Positions 48,301-58,300 of a stretch of DNA of 64,000 nt are shown piece by piece. Position numbers and translations under genes: made by a program. The DNA comes from Haplodiscus bocki (taxonomy: Eukaryota). The notes under the pieces are model-generated. The model made no database searches. It saw only the letters and a list, made by a program, of their open reading frames with translations, and had not been told where the DNA came from. Location: the NCBI GenBank assembly GCA_965655095.1, contig OZ296652.1, positions 61,070,001 to 61,134,000 of the forward strand, given 5' to 3'. How positions within the stretch are numbered: position 1 is the first letter of the stretch; each line of letters starts with the position of its first letter.

Positions 48301-49676
48301 TGCATTAGTATTGAGATCGGCCAGATGACCATTGGGAGAATATCTCAGCCATTCCCACCCTTCTGGAACACCTTCTCCTTGTGAGGGGAATATTACTAAA
48401 ACATAACGCGACTTCAAAACGATATTTACTAAAACGCGCTCAGAAGAAACACCTGACATTAAAATGTTCCCATAAACAAGCTAAGAATCGCCGGAGTCAG
48501 TGCCACTCTAAGGCTCAAAATACTTGTAGCGGAGTCCTTAATGTTTTGAATAGTTTTGGTCTAAAGAAATTTCTGTGAACTAAAGCAAAGATTATTAATC
48601 CCTCGATTTTCCGCCAGAAATGACACATTTCTGGAGTAATAATCGAGACTGGGCCCGAATTGGGTTCTTTTATGGATTTCAACAACGAAACATCCAAAGT
48701 CCAATAATTTCGTCGAGGTTAAGGTATAATCGAGTTTGGCTGCTATTTACCTCAACGAAAAAACGCACGGTAATTTGGTGAAAATGGCGGGCATTCGAGT
48801 AACGGATAATAGAGGTAAAACAACACTAAACAGCAATCCTTAACTTTTCTGTGCTTTACGGAAGCTTTTCAGTAGATTCAATATATCAAATATAATTTAA
48901 ATGATCCCTCGATTTTCCAAAGACATTACTGGTAAGCACTTCTATCCGTACGGGTTACAACTTTGCTCCTTGAGAGCATTGTTTTGTACGAGTTTCATCC
49001 AAGAACATAAAATGATCTCTCAGCAGTTTTCTCAATCGAAATTCGGTGAAATTTCAGACATCTTTGATTGTCACTTTTTTCGAATACCCGTGACTAACTT
49101 GATTAATATTTTTCAGATTTCGGACAAAAGTTCCGAAAATAGAATAAACTTTATTTTTTGTAATTTCCTTGGAAAAAGAGGTGCGTTGGCACCGATACCA
49201 GTAACTTTCAATTTGGATACTAATACCCACTATTTTCCGAAGTTTGTTATTAATTTTATTTCTAAATTCACATTCCATAGCAGAATTTTTCAGCCTGGCG
49301 TTGTCCCTAGATGTCGAAAACGTTCTCTATTGTTTTTTTCATCAAATAAATTTTATGGCAGCCGTTAATTAGTAAATAGTCTCGAGATTATTTTCGAAAA
49401 CAGCGATGGAATCTCATTAAATTCAGTTTCCAGAGCCGCTGGGCATTGTTCTACAGTTGCTAGAAAACACTTACGAGATATCTCAGTGATAGGATACTGC
49501 ACAGGAGGACGACGGCTGGATGAAGTTTCTTTTTCAGGTGACAAGTCATCTGGAAGACCTATTTCCAAGAAGTAGTCGGCTACATTGGACGCACCGTCAA
49601 CCCGGTCGCCGCTTTCATTACCTATACTAGAAGGCATCTCATGCTTATCTGCAAAATGAACATTATGAGTATCCAT
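9173..49676 (-). CDS. DENND4: DENN domain-containing protein 4 / Crag-like Rab GEF, whole spliced gene (20 coding exons, about 2158 aa)
   Basis: Exon translations match recalled DENND4 motifs in colinear order: VADYF..IGL, PITEIS, PLTDLG, YLCYKKS, FSTFVLT, MYGSALTFYE, KCICLLS, HSLRPSVLT, FVDLDT, QEAFLKFMA, FFDECI, PEEVIYR, NAATY, LYDEEIMAQW, YLSPLVVRKALE, WNLVWYF, HREMLF. All 19 introns are GT-AG with consistent phases. An in-frame TGA lies upstream of ATG 49676; stop TAG at 9175-9173. Confidence 0.93.
9563..9733 (-). CDS. DENND4: DENND4 exon 19
   Basis: TTTTTAG acceptor phase 1; RRGIHREMLFTAISAL..RINI (cf. RSLYREILFL); donor G|GTTAGA. Confidence 0.88.
9917..10500 (+). repeat. Dispersed modular repeat family B, copy
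   Basis: CAGAGG..GCGGAACTT.GCAACGCATT head, closely similar to 23239; carries one ~110 bp unit. Confidence 0.8.
15115..17310. repeat. Long imperfect inverted repeat (arms about 15115-15580 and 16800-17310)
   Basis: Arms are reverse complements by eye; mirrored ORF fragments QPPETSREYQRSGKGFEFFL (+) and QPPETRREYRRSRKDSEFFL (-). Confidence 0.9.
18271..18444 (-). CDS. DENND4: DENND4 exon 18; different frame from ORF track
   Basis: Frame gives EAPLYLSW (cf. conserved PLYxxW); donor G|GTGAGT; acceptor is AAG. Confidence 0.78.
18724..19048 (-). CDS. DENND4: DENND4 exon 17
   Basis: TTTCAG acceptor; VHVTTLWD; donor A|GTGAGT. Confidence 0.85.
19330..19769 (-). CDS. DENND4: DENND4 exon 16 (conserved C-terminal region)
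   Basis: TTTTTTCAG acceptor; YLSPLVVRKALE...YWNLVWYFSRLEL; donor GTAAGA. Confidence 0.93.
20373..20498 (-). CDS. DENND4: DENND4 exon 15 (126 nt, symmetric, possibly cassette)
   Basis: TTCAG acceptor, open in phase 1 (ATPLLRSRRSCHRRYPSAP), donor CAG|GTCTGG; GC-richer than flanks. Confidence 0.6.
20884..21398 (-). CDS. DENND4: DENND4 exon 14
   Basis: TTTTTCAG acceptor completes T-CPC; PKLTVVIKD; donor G|GTGAGC. Confidence 0.85.
22695..22770 (+). pseudogene. tRNA-derived module (SINE head / tRNA pseudogene)
   Basis: A-box TAGCTCAGTTGG, B-box-like GAGTTCGAGC, residual acceptor pairing TGACGTG/CACGGCA; no anticodon stem. Confidence 0.7.
23239..23465 (+). repeat. Dispersed modular repeat family B, copy
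   Basis: Aligns by eye with 9917-10070 (CAGTTGAGATAACGGATA...CATGATCAGAGAAGTGA...GTCAATCAAGAGTTTG). Confidence 0.8.
25343..25861 (-). CDS. DENND4: DENND4 exon 13 (start of Cys-rich conserved region)
   Basis: TTTTAG acceptor; ...CISASCKKTLYDEEIMAQWNHDDS; donor AC|GTTAGT. Confidence 0.9.
26041..26313 (-). CDS. DENND4: DENND4 exon 12 (linker)
   Basis: NAGNAG acceptor (TTTCAG|CAG|); S-rich ORF; donor AG|GTAAGA. Confidence 0.75.
26850..28480. repeat. Degenerate tandem array, unit about 160-180 bp
   Basis: Core GGGACCTTGATGGATGTAATCCAGCC-like at about 27356, 27524, 27693, 27866, 28028, 28200, 28380. Confidence 0.8.
28795..28950 (-). pseudogene. Two tandem tRNA-like modules (period about 84 bp)
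   Basis: Repeated AGGTCGCGGTTTCG...GGTATAG; A-box-like TGGGCCAGTGG and TAAGTCGGTAG. Confidence 0.55.
30427..31051 (-). CDS. DENND4: DENND4 exon 11 (low-complexity linker); donor position uncertain
   Basis: TTTTCTAG acceptor in phase with exon 10; long S/E-rich ORF; the phase-compatible donor I found is AAG|GTTACC (weak). Confidence 0.7.
31308..34410 (-). mobile_element. CR1/L2-type LINE with uninterrupted ORF2, in DENND4 intron 10 (sense)
   Basis: APE + RT ORF, 3' UTR stem-loop, AATAAA (31335-31330) and (CTTT)n tail at 31308-31329; no clean TSD seen. Confidence 0.95.
31513..34410 (-). CDS. LINE ORF2: APE endonuclease + reverse transcriptase (frame open from 34410)
   Basis: FHLNIRS, CLSEAWL, GDMN, TDH; NYRSISLL, QFGFR, DLRKAFDTV, GVPQGSILGP, FADD, YLGV; no stop over 965 codons. 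Confidence 0.95.
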   Translation of the reverse strand, partial: DATKKDWIDLRCRSFLKSKEKRNGGECFFHLNIRSISKNFDVLHTYLETLGSKKPSVICLSEAWLTENTDTRIYTIPGFSAPLQKHGKKRNDGVVIFLHESIWFEEVKIATNLNAILVKCVSKPGVQFFVACIYNSPSVSTTCFLRDFEILIEKVSTFDSPCFILGDMNIDLLCYNSTVSDYLSILEKHGFIQEIHEPTRITCSTSTLIDHVIHNSKCKIKAGVKKLGITDHSAIFFETPMEIKSNKREIQSMPFLKNSEALVSFLNDLNNEFTEIHNEQNLDDKFGNFLQTLSNTVMLHTCTKTVRENSGKWITNEIKNTITKKQKLYKRFCKTRNLHDERCYRKQRNKTIEIIRLAKKHYFESYLNETLAAPKKFYKVLNSLCGRHKQHTQILLNDGSNEKITDELEIANTFNEKFTGTVGLPIDPLHNDHCLRKVCNSANSIFFYPMTLPELENIIFKLRDHKATGLDGISSEILKCSFPVICLMLLQLCNESLEMGVFPDCLKISRVIPLHKKGPKTCADNYRSISLLSTVSKVLERAVHNRVCSFVDKFKLLYPKQFGFRSGHSTCHALIEITERLRESEFQHTSVLLDLRKAFDTVNHERLLMKLEIYGIRGTALAWFESYLNNRYQCVQINKTRSAFQLVMSGVPQGSILGPLLFIIFMNDFPCVSSLLETFLFADDANCLYSIKKDELFGLNDELEKVKNWTNTNGLALNIEKTQVLQIGLPYHDVILDGNIIDRQNVVNYLGVYIDHKLNFSHHIHKVVTKISKHLNVLFRLRQLVSRNFLIRYYNVYVKPIISYGLLVYGCTSKTQLLPVFYMQKKVLKIILCKSKMSHTSDLFEVTGTSNVYDMYTIELLKFCIQSTSNLCPTTCLNSLFAVKDTQSMSTRSTNLGLFELPCARSSKIRHSLRYRGCKLLNYLLGLNAPLPCLSRSSKQQVDSKHVKKLVEEFQLSNVVYETTF
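34488..34770 (-). CDS. DENND4: DENND4 exon 10 (PPR-like)
   Basis: TTTTCAG acceptor; LKQHGVKLNAATYMYLN...IHW; donor G|GTTAGT. Confidence 0.87.
35671..35907 (-). CDS. DENND4: DENND4 exon 9 (PPR-like)
   Basis: TTTTGTAG acceptor; LKAAERIL...PEEVIYRVLI; donor GTGAGT. Confidence 0.87.
35953..36750. mobile_element. HINE-like element copy 2 (right end uncertain)
   Basis: AACAAGACG-GCCGGT-taac-ACCGGC-ATA terminus; contains two tRNA-like modules. Confidence 0.55.
36470..36632 (-). pseudogene. Two tandem tRNA-like modules
   Basis: A-box TGGCACAGTGG (36530-36520) + B-box GGTTCGAATTCC (36486-36475); second unit GGATTCGAATCT...GCCA 96 bp away. Confidence 0.65.
36942..37603. mobile_element. HINE-like element copy 3
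   Basis: AACAAGACG-GCCGG...CCGGC terminus; perfect 12 bp subterminal inverted repeat ATATTTTGCGCC 36967-36978 / GGCGCAAAATAT 37528-37539; internal microsatellite; ends AAGCGCTAAAAAT as at 22850-22862. Confidence 0.7.
37285..37415. repeat. Degenerate 9-bp minisatellite inside HINE
   Basis: TTGGCAATT/TTTGCATTC-like units; explains the AKN/AKI-repeat ORFs. Confidence 0.85.
38141..39109 (-). CDS. DENND4: DENND4 exon 8 (dDENN)
   Basis: TTTAG acceptor; QEAFLKFMAIVMKGY...FFDECIEK...CYTMWFMLLP; donor GTAAGT. Confidence 0.93.
39429..39474 (-). CDS. DENND4: DENND4 exon 7 (46 nt); not in ORF track
   Basis: TTTCAG acceptor; SEVKRTFKAEKLLPK; donor GTGAGT; restores phase 2->0 and gives the LPKK motif on joining exon 8. 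Confidence 0.85.
39552..39657 (-). CDS. DENND4: DENND4 exon 6 (cDENN); not in ORF track
   Basis: TTCTAG acceptor; GIDSRTYD...ICFVDLDTTQIK; donor AT|GTGAGA. Confidence 0.9.
39974..40212 (-). CDS. DENND4: DENND4 exon 5 (cDENN)
   Basis: TTTTTAG acceptor; GSSFITFLRNVG...HSLRPSVLT...FPLKW...YIP; donor G|GTTAGC. Confidence 0.92.
40480..40865 (-). CDS. DENND4: DENND4 exon 4 (uDENN/cDENN)
   Basis: TTTTAG acceptor; MYGSALTFYE...KCICLLS...PSP; donor AA|GTACGT. Confidence 0.92.
41235..41757 (-). CDS. DENND4: DENND4 exon 3 (MABP/uDENN)
   Basis: TTTTTCAG acceptor; ILYEGRENLRPDC...YITFRR...YLCYKKS...FSTFVLT; donor GTACGT, phase 0. Confidence 0.92.
42250..43050 (+). repeat. Repeat family B copy with internal ~120 bp tandem units and shared tail
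   Basis: Head motif; CATGTCTTT..AGGTT units at about 42460, 42578, 42700, 42820; tail GATGACGTCA.AAA...GGATAAAAAA...AGTCA.AATG. Confidence 0.75.
46083..46754. mobile_element. Possible solo LTR
   Basis: GC-richer non-coding block bounded by TGTCATAAAT...TTTTTGTTACA with flanks ATCTA/ATATA (4/5 match). Confidence 0.35.
47185..47820 (+). repeat. Repeat family B copy with four ~110 bp tandem units and shared tail
   Basis: Head motif; CCCA(A/G)TG...ACAG...TACCTG units at about 47289, 47397, 47510, 47621; tail also seen alone at about 17712-17808 and 24449-24538. Confidence 0.8.
48221..48395 (-). CDS. DENND4: DENND4 exon 2 (MABP)
   Basis: TTTTAG acceptor; IFPSQGEGVPEGW...ADLN...VYLIYKR...PLTDLG; donor GG|GTTTGT, phase 2. 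Confidence 0.88.
49475..49676 (-). CDS. DENND4: DENND4 coding exon 1 (start, MABP N-terminus)
   Basis: MDTH...VADYFLEIGL...PITEIS; donor C|GTAAGT, phase 1. Confidence 0.85.
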
Positions 49677-51599
49677 TGCTTCCAAAACTTTTCCAATTAT
49701 TCATTCAGCTCTGCATCAAAGCATGAGTAAATTGTTTCTCATCAAAAATAAACACGGCCAAATTAACAACACAGTAGACACCTAGATACGATTAACGGAC
49801 ACGCCCCTGCATGCATCCCGTTTCCACAAGGATGAGTCCAGTCATTTTGAATGGATTTCGGACAGTAAAGCCTCCACGTCGAAGTGAAGGTCCAATAGCA
49901 CGAAAAGTCAATAAAACAATGTTCTCTGAGGTGATTTCCGATCGTGAATTATCTGAGTGCCGGAACTTTCCGGATTATTGAAAGCGCCAAAAAACGGTTT
50001 CCAATGGTTAGAAAATTAAATTTCAGCGCTTTCAATAGGCTGGACTTCTTCGGAGCTATGGGAAGTTATATTTCGGCTCAATGAATAGCCTAGAACGTCT
50101 AATGTTTCTATAATCACAGGCACTCAGGTAGCATTACATGTATAATGATTAAAACAAAAAAGGCTCTTTTTCGCGCATAGAGAAAATCTAGAGATAGTTC
50201 AGTGAACTGGTAGTAGTTCAGTGAGCTGCAAATCAAAGAATACTGGATAATCCACACAAAGTACATACTTTGTGCATCAAAAACATACAAACAGTAATGT
50301 ACCTTCTCCAAGTAATACATGTAATACATTAGTAACTTTCCCACGCACATGCGACAAGATCGTCAAAACGATATATCTGAGCGCCATGCGTTAATAGTTT
50401 TCAAATCTCAACTGAGTACAGTTACTTTCGAATTTATTTCAAAAAATGCACATCCAAATTCAATAATGATCCCACTCCACTAGCCAACGTCGTGGATTCC
50501 TGTTCAATCAACCTAATATTCAAATCGGAAAACACTGCGCCGGAAATAGAAATCTTCAACTAGCCAACAAAGACAAAAGTCTTCCGCATCCAAAAAGGGC
50601 TGATAGAAAGCATAAATGGCTCATTAAGAAATTTGCGCTTCGAGAATAAGTTTATTTGAAAAATTTGAAGACCACAAAAGGTTAGATTTCCCTCTTACAG
50701 CACTTTATATACCTTGTCACAAAACGAATTTGATTGATTGAAGATATTGCTGATTACAGCAAGGAAAATGTGACAAATGCGACGAGTAAAACGACGTATT
50801 CGAACATGGAAATCTAACATCTGCGAAAAATGAGCAATGCTAACAAAACACAGGTAAACCCGAAGATTTTCACACCTTTCAGACGAATTGACATTTCGTA
50901 GCAAGCGTTCCAGCAAGATTTGAATTTACGAGGTGCACTCGCAATGCAATGTTTCCGTAAAAGAGGTGTAGGAATAATCCATCGAAACGATTTTCCAAAA
51001 ATTTTTTGGAGCTCATTGGAAAGTTAACGATTGCGACATTGTTGGCTACCCGAGAGCATAAAATTTATTAGGTTCGAATATCGACAAAGCAAGCAATTAA
51101 AAGAGCAATGTTCGGCCAACCATAAGAACTCTTTTGGTTGTGCAACAATCGAAAAAAAAATCAACACAAAGATCTTTCAGCAGATACATAGCGTTCCTTT
51201 GAACTGTTGAAAAGAAGCTATCGGAAGGGAAAAAGAAATATTCAATTTCAAAGTCTCCGAAGAAGATGAATTTGAGTTAGACGTTCAAGGCATTTTAGCA
51301 AATCGGCCGACTTCCCAATTGCCTTCCAAAGCCACCTTTCATAATCACTTTGTTGAGCTCGCCGTTATCTGACAAACAGTTCATAAAACTGAACCGTCGA
51401 AGCCCCACGAACAGCTGACTTGAATAACTTTACCCAATGTCGAACCGTCAGCGGCTCTGCGGCAGCTGTTGAACTCGACAACCCCGTTTCATGATTTGTC
51501 ACATATTATTTTATTAGCGGTCGTAAAGAGGGTTTATTTTTGTTTAACGACTTCTTTAACTTTTCAAACATCTATTTAAGTATCGTTTATTTTTCGAAG

Positions 51600-54500
51600 T
51601 AACTCAAAAAACTTTTTGGATCGTTCCATGATTGATATGATTAGGACACCAAAACGTTTTTCTTCGAAGTCAGGATGCCCCAAGTTCAACAAAGTCACCG
51701 GAAAAAACTGGCTGCTGTGTGAAAGCTGTCTGAGTTGGACACACAGTGCTGGCATCGGCTACTCGAAGCAGGAATTGCACTACCTGAAGAGGGCCCTAAG
51801 GTGGTCTCTCTGAGCAAATCGTGTCTATCGGTTACGTAGGAGAACCTGCAATGTGAAAACCCTGCCCCCGAAGTGCTACAAGACGTCGCCGACATCAAGC
51901 AGAGTCGAGCCTGTCAGAGCGATGTTTGGCGAACTCGTGCACGATGACAACCAACCACCTAAGGCGAAGTTTTCCGATAAATCTGGAAGCATTCGATGTT
52001 TATCTTCAGCAATTCTTGAGTTGGGAACAGAAAAAACAAGGAAATTTCGATTCGGAAACGCAAAAAGATAAGTGTGGAGGACATCAAACCGGGACGCAAA
52101 AAAACCGACCCTGATGAAAACCTTCCAACGCAAGTTACCAGTCTCCTCGCGTTAAACTTGCTGAGATCAGGTCCGTCCATCGATTTGGCCCTTTCAATAG
52201 TAAAGCGTCGCGACGTCGACAAATCCTTTGCTTAACGCAAGCTCTTCATCTGAACAAAATCGTAAAACGTAGCTCTTTGTGAAGTTGTATGAACCAACCT
52301 TCGGTGATCACAGATACCTTGTTTCTTGTCTCGAAGTGTCTAAACAAAGGAAAACAGGAAAGAGAACGAAAACTTTTGAATACATGAAATGCAGAAAGAG
52401 CTTTTGTGAACAGCGAAATAGTGGCCTTGATTACTGAGAACCTTTGGAGCAGGGTGAACTGTTGTTTTATTCTACAACAAATTTCTATACGCTAGAAAGT
52501 TGTCAATATTTTGCAATTGTTTTTCTGGCTGTAAATGTTGATACAATTTGCACATCAATATCCCAGTACACAAGTGAAATTGTTAACCGAAAACTCCAAT
52601 ACTCAATTGCGAAACACCAATTTGCGTCAGAATAAAGTTCTCATCAGAGAAACTTCTATCTTTCATTAGCAACAATAGCAAATACAGTGGAAACCAATGG
52701 GTTTAAATTTTAAATTTGTCATGTTACAGACTGCCAGCTGAAAGTCTTCAATTCTGCTCTGTCTAAGATTTTGCAGAGTTTATAAAGCTGAGTTTATAAA
52801 GGTGCCAAAAAAAGACGACGAAGATATAGCATTCGGAGCCTTCAACTTCCCTTCCATTGATTGGAGTTCAAAATCAACAAATCATTCTTTAGGGCAGTTC
52901 TTCAGAAAGTTCTCAAAAACCAAACACCTCGGCAAAACACTGAAATTACCACGGTGGTCTAGGTCATACTAGAGTTTTAATTTGTCCGCAGCAACATGCA
53001 TTTTTTGAAACTGACGCAAATGTCCCGAAATGAGTACCTTTGCAAAATTTCGAAGTTTCTCGCACTTCCCTAAACATAGACCAAATGTGGGACCGCGCTA
53101 TCGAAATCACCCAAACAAATAACCTGATATTATTATGCGTACGGGAAATTCAACCGATTTATTTGTTTTGATTATTGAAATCAGATTTTCTACTTACGGC
53201 TGGTTAAACCCCCACTATCACGGTTAGCCGTTACAAATGGCTTCATGACCTCTCATGGAAAACTGCGTCCATACGAACCCTACCCCTCGCAGATTTTTTG
53301 TCGTGATTCAATCAGGAAACCTCTTCCAACCAAAAGTACATAACAAAGTGTAGAAACATTACACTTTGTCGCACGAGAAAATGCACAAACTGAATAAGAC
53401 TGTTGAAGAGATCACCGATAAGATCAAATGCAAATGAATTGAACCCCATACATTGAGAACAACAACTTCGAAAGTTTTCAAAAATCTCCGAATCTTCAGT
53501 GAAAATTATCTGCCTTAAATAAAGTCTTACAGGAAAGATTTTGCAGCAGATGGGGTAACAAAGAGCAATGCTTTCCCAAATTCCTTTACAGCAGTCTACA
53601 TTGAAACCTCAATTTTCCTCGAATATTCCTTAAAACCAGTGCCAAGTCTCTGAGTTACAAGAATTTTAACAAAAGCAAACGACTGGACAAGTTGCCCGTC
53701 AGACTCCGTTATACATCTGTCAATGTGGCCAAATCACTGAATCAGATCTAACGCAGAGTAGTTCAAACCTCGAGTTTCCAGACCTCGTGAAAACAGCGAT
53801 AGTGAGTTCAATCTGGACGAAGAGAAATAAAACAAAGTCGAAACTTATCGACCACTTTTGCATCTTTCGATACCATCCAAAATTCTGACTAAAATCCTTT
53901 TCCATAGCTTTATAGTCATTTGGCTCCAGCATTACATGTATAGGAATATGGTTTCCGGTAGGAAAAATTACCAATTTTTTTATTCCGATTTTCCAGATGA
54001 ATTCATCCAGTGTAAGGGAGACCATATAATCGTGTATGTCATGTTTACAGATTTCAGTTAGGCTTTCGATCGTGCTGATCATGGTTCACATTTGCCGAAC
54101 GATAGTTCCAAGCTACGGGGTTAGAGCAAAGTTTCGAACTTACTGGAACCTTATCTTAGGAACAGAATTCAAATCGTCGAAGTAACAAACGCAACATTCA
54201 GAGCAGTGTTAACGACAACCAGATTTTAAGAGGGCAGTACTCTGAACTCAATAACATTCGTTAAATATGAAAGTACCTTGCCAAACTGTTATAGCGTTTG
54301 GCCACTGTTGTTCACGGAGGATGCGAAATTTGCCGAAATTGCTTTGTGCCAACAAATTGTCCAATAGTTGTTGAATGCCAAATTTTGAAAGAGCATCAAA
54401 AACTTTTTACTTTTTTACTTTTCAGTATCAGCAGTTGTTTTCATTTCAAAACTGGTAAGATGTGGCCGATTTTTAACGTAACATCGACAAAAACTTATTT

Positions 54501-54940
54501 CTAAGGACCATGTAACGCTCTGATTTTGGCCTCATGTTGACAGCTCGTTCACGGTGGAATCAACAATTTGGGAAAATGTGTTCGCAAGCCATGAAAAATT
54601 TCCGAAGAATCAGAAAAAATACTCCTAGTCTGGCTTGCTAAGCAGGAGTTGATCTTAACGAAAGGATAATCGTGCCAACTGTCACATGCCCAAAGTCACT
54701 TTTGACCTTTCAGATCATGTTTTATCCCAAATTGAAAGGGTTCTAAGGCAAGTCACTTAACGGAGACGTCCACATTTCCATCTCTACAGGCAGGATTTAT
54801 TGTTTTTCAAGCTCTCGCACAGCCCATGTGTATACAACCAAACATTCTGCACTTGTTAAGGAAACTACTTTTTGGGAAGTTCGAGAAAAAACCCGTCGAA
54901 TTGCCTGCCTACCGAGAGATTTTATCTAAAACGTTGTTGC
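51600..54940 (+). mobile_element. Decayed near full-length CR1-type LINE with PHD-finger ORF1
   Basis: CPKF...WLLCESCLSWTH..IG (PHD-like); HGG APE remnant near 52950; YRPLLHL..SKIL, YGFR, FTDFS*AFDR.DH, YL.NR.Q.V RT remnants. Confidence 0.8.
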
Positions 54941-55369
54941 CGGAATGAAGACCGAAAAAATGACAACTTTTTCCAAAACAAATGTCGTCAAACAAAAAAG
55001 ACGTCGGTTTGCGCAGAGGGGATTTGGTTTCAAAAAGGTTATTATGGGTTATTTTTGGAGTAACATCGAAAGTTTTGGCGAACGGAAAAATAAACGTGGC
55101 GTATAACATGCAATTTTACTTTCAAAAATTGCCGAAGCAAGTGGACAACCTGACGTCGAGTTGTGCAGGGGCCGAAAGTCCCCTTTGGATGCACCCACAC
55201 CACTATAAAGCAACAACAAGGCTGAAAAAATCCCTCCCGAACAAAAAGTCGGGCTTACGAAAACAAAACAAAGTGAACAGAGCAAAGGCCACTGCAGCAA
55301 AAATTCCCGCAGCTAGTTAGTCACAGAAAAAGATGAAGTGTGTTGAAAAATTTTAAAACTATGGAGTTC

Positions 55370-58300
55370 ATCTGCCGCCTCGCAAACCCTGCCATCTGAA
55401 GTTCTCCTGGCTTCTACCAGCAACAAGTTCGAAGTGTACCTGTGGTAAATGACCAATCGACCCCTGTGTTTCTCCGTGGTCTGGATGAAACGGCAGACGT
55501 GTCTTCCGTAACTTTTTTGTCTTTATTTCCAAGTCAACGTTCTGCGGAACCATCAGTTGCTCGTGGAGATCAGTGCAAATGTTAGGTCGCTGAAAAGCAA
55601 CTCCTGGCTGAGAGACATTACATTCTCTGTCTAGATTTGCAAATGTTCAAGCAAGTTTTTTGTCCGCAGCCTTATGTGTTCCAGTTCTTCCACCGTCGAG
55701 GCATAGTCTACTTCTGTTTGTTTGGCTCACTCCTAAAAACAGCTAGATTCTGCTGCGGTTCGGCCAAGCTCTGCTGGTGCCGTTTTGCCGCTTCTTTCCA
55801 CAGCTGCAGCTGCCTGCGTTTTCTTTCAGCCTTTCTCTGAAGGTCCAAACCCTGCATCTTGGCGGCTTCCAGCAGATGGAGCACGCGGATACGTTCGGTC
55901 CTGAGACAAACCTACTTCGTTTTTGTGCACCCCTTCACTGAAAAAGCGTACAGAGTGTGCCTGTGGCTGTAACTCTACGTGACTTGCTAGTGATGCCCCT
56001 CCATTTAGTAATCTCCCGACTGCAGACATGACTTCACCACAAAAACTTCTGGGACATGAAGAACAAATTCACCAAGTGTGGAGTGCATGCTTGAAGCAAC
56101 AGTAGCATTGGGAACTTGACAATTCAAAGATCAGTACGACATCTGCATGTGAACTGTTTGTTCAGTATTAACGAGAAACTATGCTTTGAAGATATATTTT
56201 GTTTTTTTATCTGCATAAATCAATTAAAACATACAATAGAAACACGCAAACGGACACAAAGCGAAGGCCGCTGAATTTTCTTTCTATTGTTAACTGACTT
56301 GACTTCTTATGAGTTCCTGGGAAGGTGAAGCCCACATTTCCTTTTCATTTTGCTAGTGACTACGTCTCCTGTGCTCCATTACTTCAGGTGATACCCAGGT
56401 AAGATGGTACTGTAGCTCTTTAAGTTTCCCAGAAATTTATTCAATCACTGCAATTGTACTTGTTCGACATTTCGTACTCAGTTTTTCTCAGACCAAATTT
56501 GTCGCACGTTTAATGTCGCCTCTTATCATTCAGTAGCAAGAAAACCCTATGTATGGCTTTGAAACGTTTTTCCTGACAGCCCATATCCATTTTGGTTAGA
56601 CTGGCAAGTTTTTTGTATTTTCGTATGATAGCTTTTTCCCATTTGGTTGATCAAGTTCAGTTCAAGAAAACGTGAAAAGATGTTGCATGAGTTTCTTTTG
56701 TTTCAGTACGCGATCTCGTTTCATCGTAACTCCAGCCTTGTCTTTTTTAGATTTTACCAGGTAGCAATACTTCTCTAAGTCCTCACTCAATTGCCTAACT
56801 TTGTCTCGCAGGACGATCTCATTGAATTGGAATTCTTTACTCCATGGTAATTGTTCTTCTGTTTCTCCATCAGTGTGCACTTCTGCAGATTTTAGTGTCT
56901 TGTTTTCAATCTTTGGCAACTCCAACTCCTGTCGTTGTTCGATCAACTGAATTGGAAAAGAATCATACTCGGCTCTGTTTTTGCCGGGATTATTGCATCT
57001 TGAGGACCTACTTTCCGATGCCCGCAAACGAATATCTCTATTCTGCACAGTCCTGAAGACACCTCCATTTTAATTGACACAGTTCAGGTAGGAAGTAGAA
57101 ATACCCAATACTTAGTCTTTCAGCTATTCTTGTTATACACACCTTGTTTACTTCTGGATGCCATTTTTTCTTTCATATTTGTTTTCCAACAACGTTGAAC
57201 CACTTCTCTATTTTTACAAGCTGTTTGTTTTTCTGTCTCCTCGCTCCCAGAGAACTTTCTTTTTTCAACTGGTTCAGTTATGCAAAGTTTTGATTATACT
57301 CGTGGAACGGGGAGTAGGGCAAAACGTTTCCTTTTTCCATGTTGACTGAGTTTGACAAGGAAAAAAATTTTAGGAAGAAATTTGCAAAAAGATTGCTGAT
57401 AGCGTCAAAACAAGAACAATCAGCGTATTTTCCCTAACTGCCCCCCCAGACGATAAAAAAATCGTCTTTGATAAATTTAAAACAATTGTTTAGAATGTTG
57501 CATGATTCGAAAGAAGTGGGCAAGTCATATAAAAAAACAGCTCGGGGGATTTTTGCTTTGCGAACCGCCGTACATTTGTTGTCCCGTGATTGTAACTGGG
57601 CGATGCTCGAACACGTTTGTTTTACTACGATACTCTTCCATAAATCTTCCATTCGTTGGATTTAATTTTTCTCCTAATTTCTTCAATATTGTTGTTGTCG
57701 AAATTCCGGCTCCTTCAAATCTTTTACCATAGCTAACCCACGTTCCATTTGATATTCGCATCCGTATAAAGTTTCCTCCACCAAATGTGTTTTTTGAATG
57801 AAAAGTTTTTGTAATTGGATTCTTGCACCCCAAAAATGATTACTCAACCAGCCCTATGCGAACAGCTACTTCTTCTTTGCAAATTAGGGTTTTAACTGTT
57901 GTAAATTCAATGTTGTAAAAAAATAAAGATAGACTAATATGCCTGCTTTTTCCACATGTACAACTTTTGTTGCCACTTCCAATATCGCGCCCTTGGAATA
58001 CAAGATGCTTGAAAGCTTGATTTGTGCTCCTTATTGATCGATTTTGCAACTTTTGGAACTCCTGTTGACCCAATTGTCATTTTTGCGACACTTGCTTATA
58101 CATTAGCTCCACTCGACTTTTCCTAAACGTTGATTGGTAACCTATTTTGATTTCTGGTTTTGGTGCATCCAGTTGCTAGGAAAATAATTACTTACACATT
58201 TTAAGATGGGGTCGGAAAAATTGTTGTATTAAGCAAACTATCGAATGCGTTGTCGATTTTGACGGCAAACGTTTCTGTTGCTTTGGAATAGCGAAACCCG

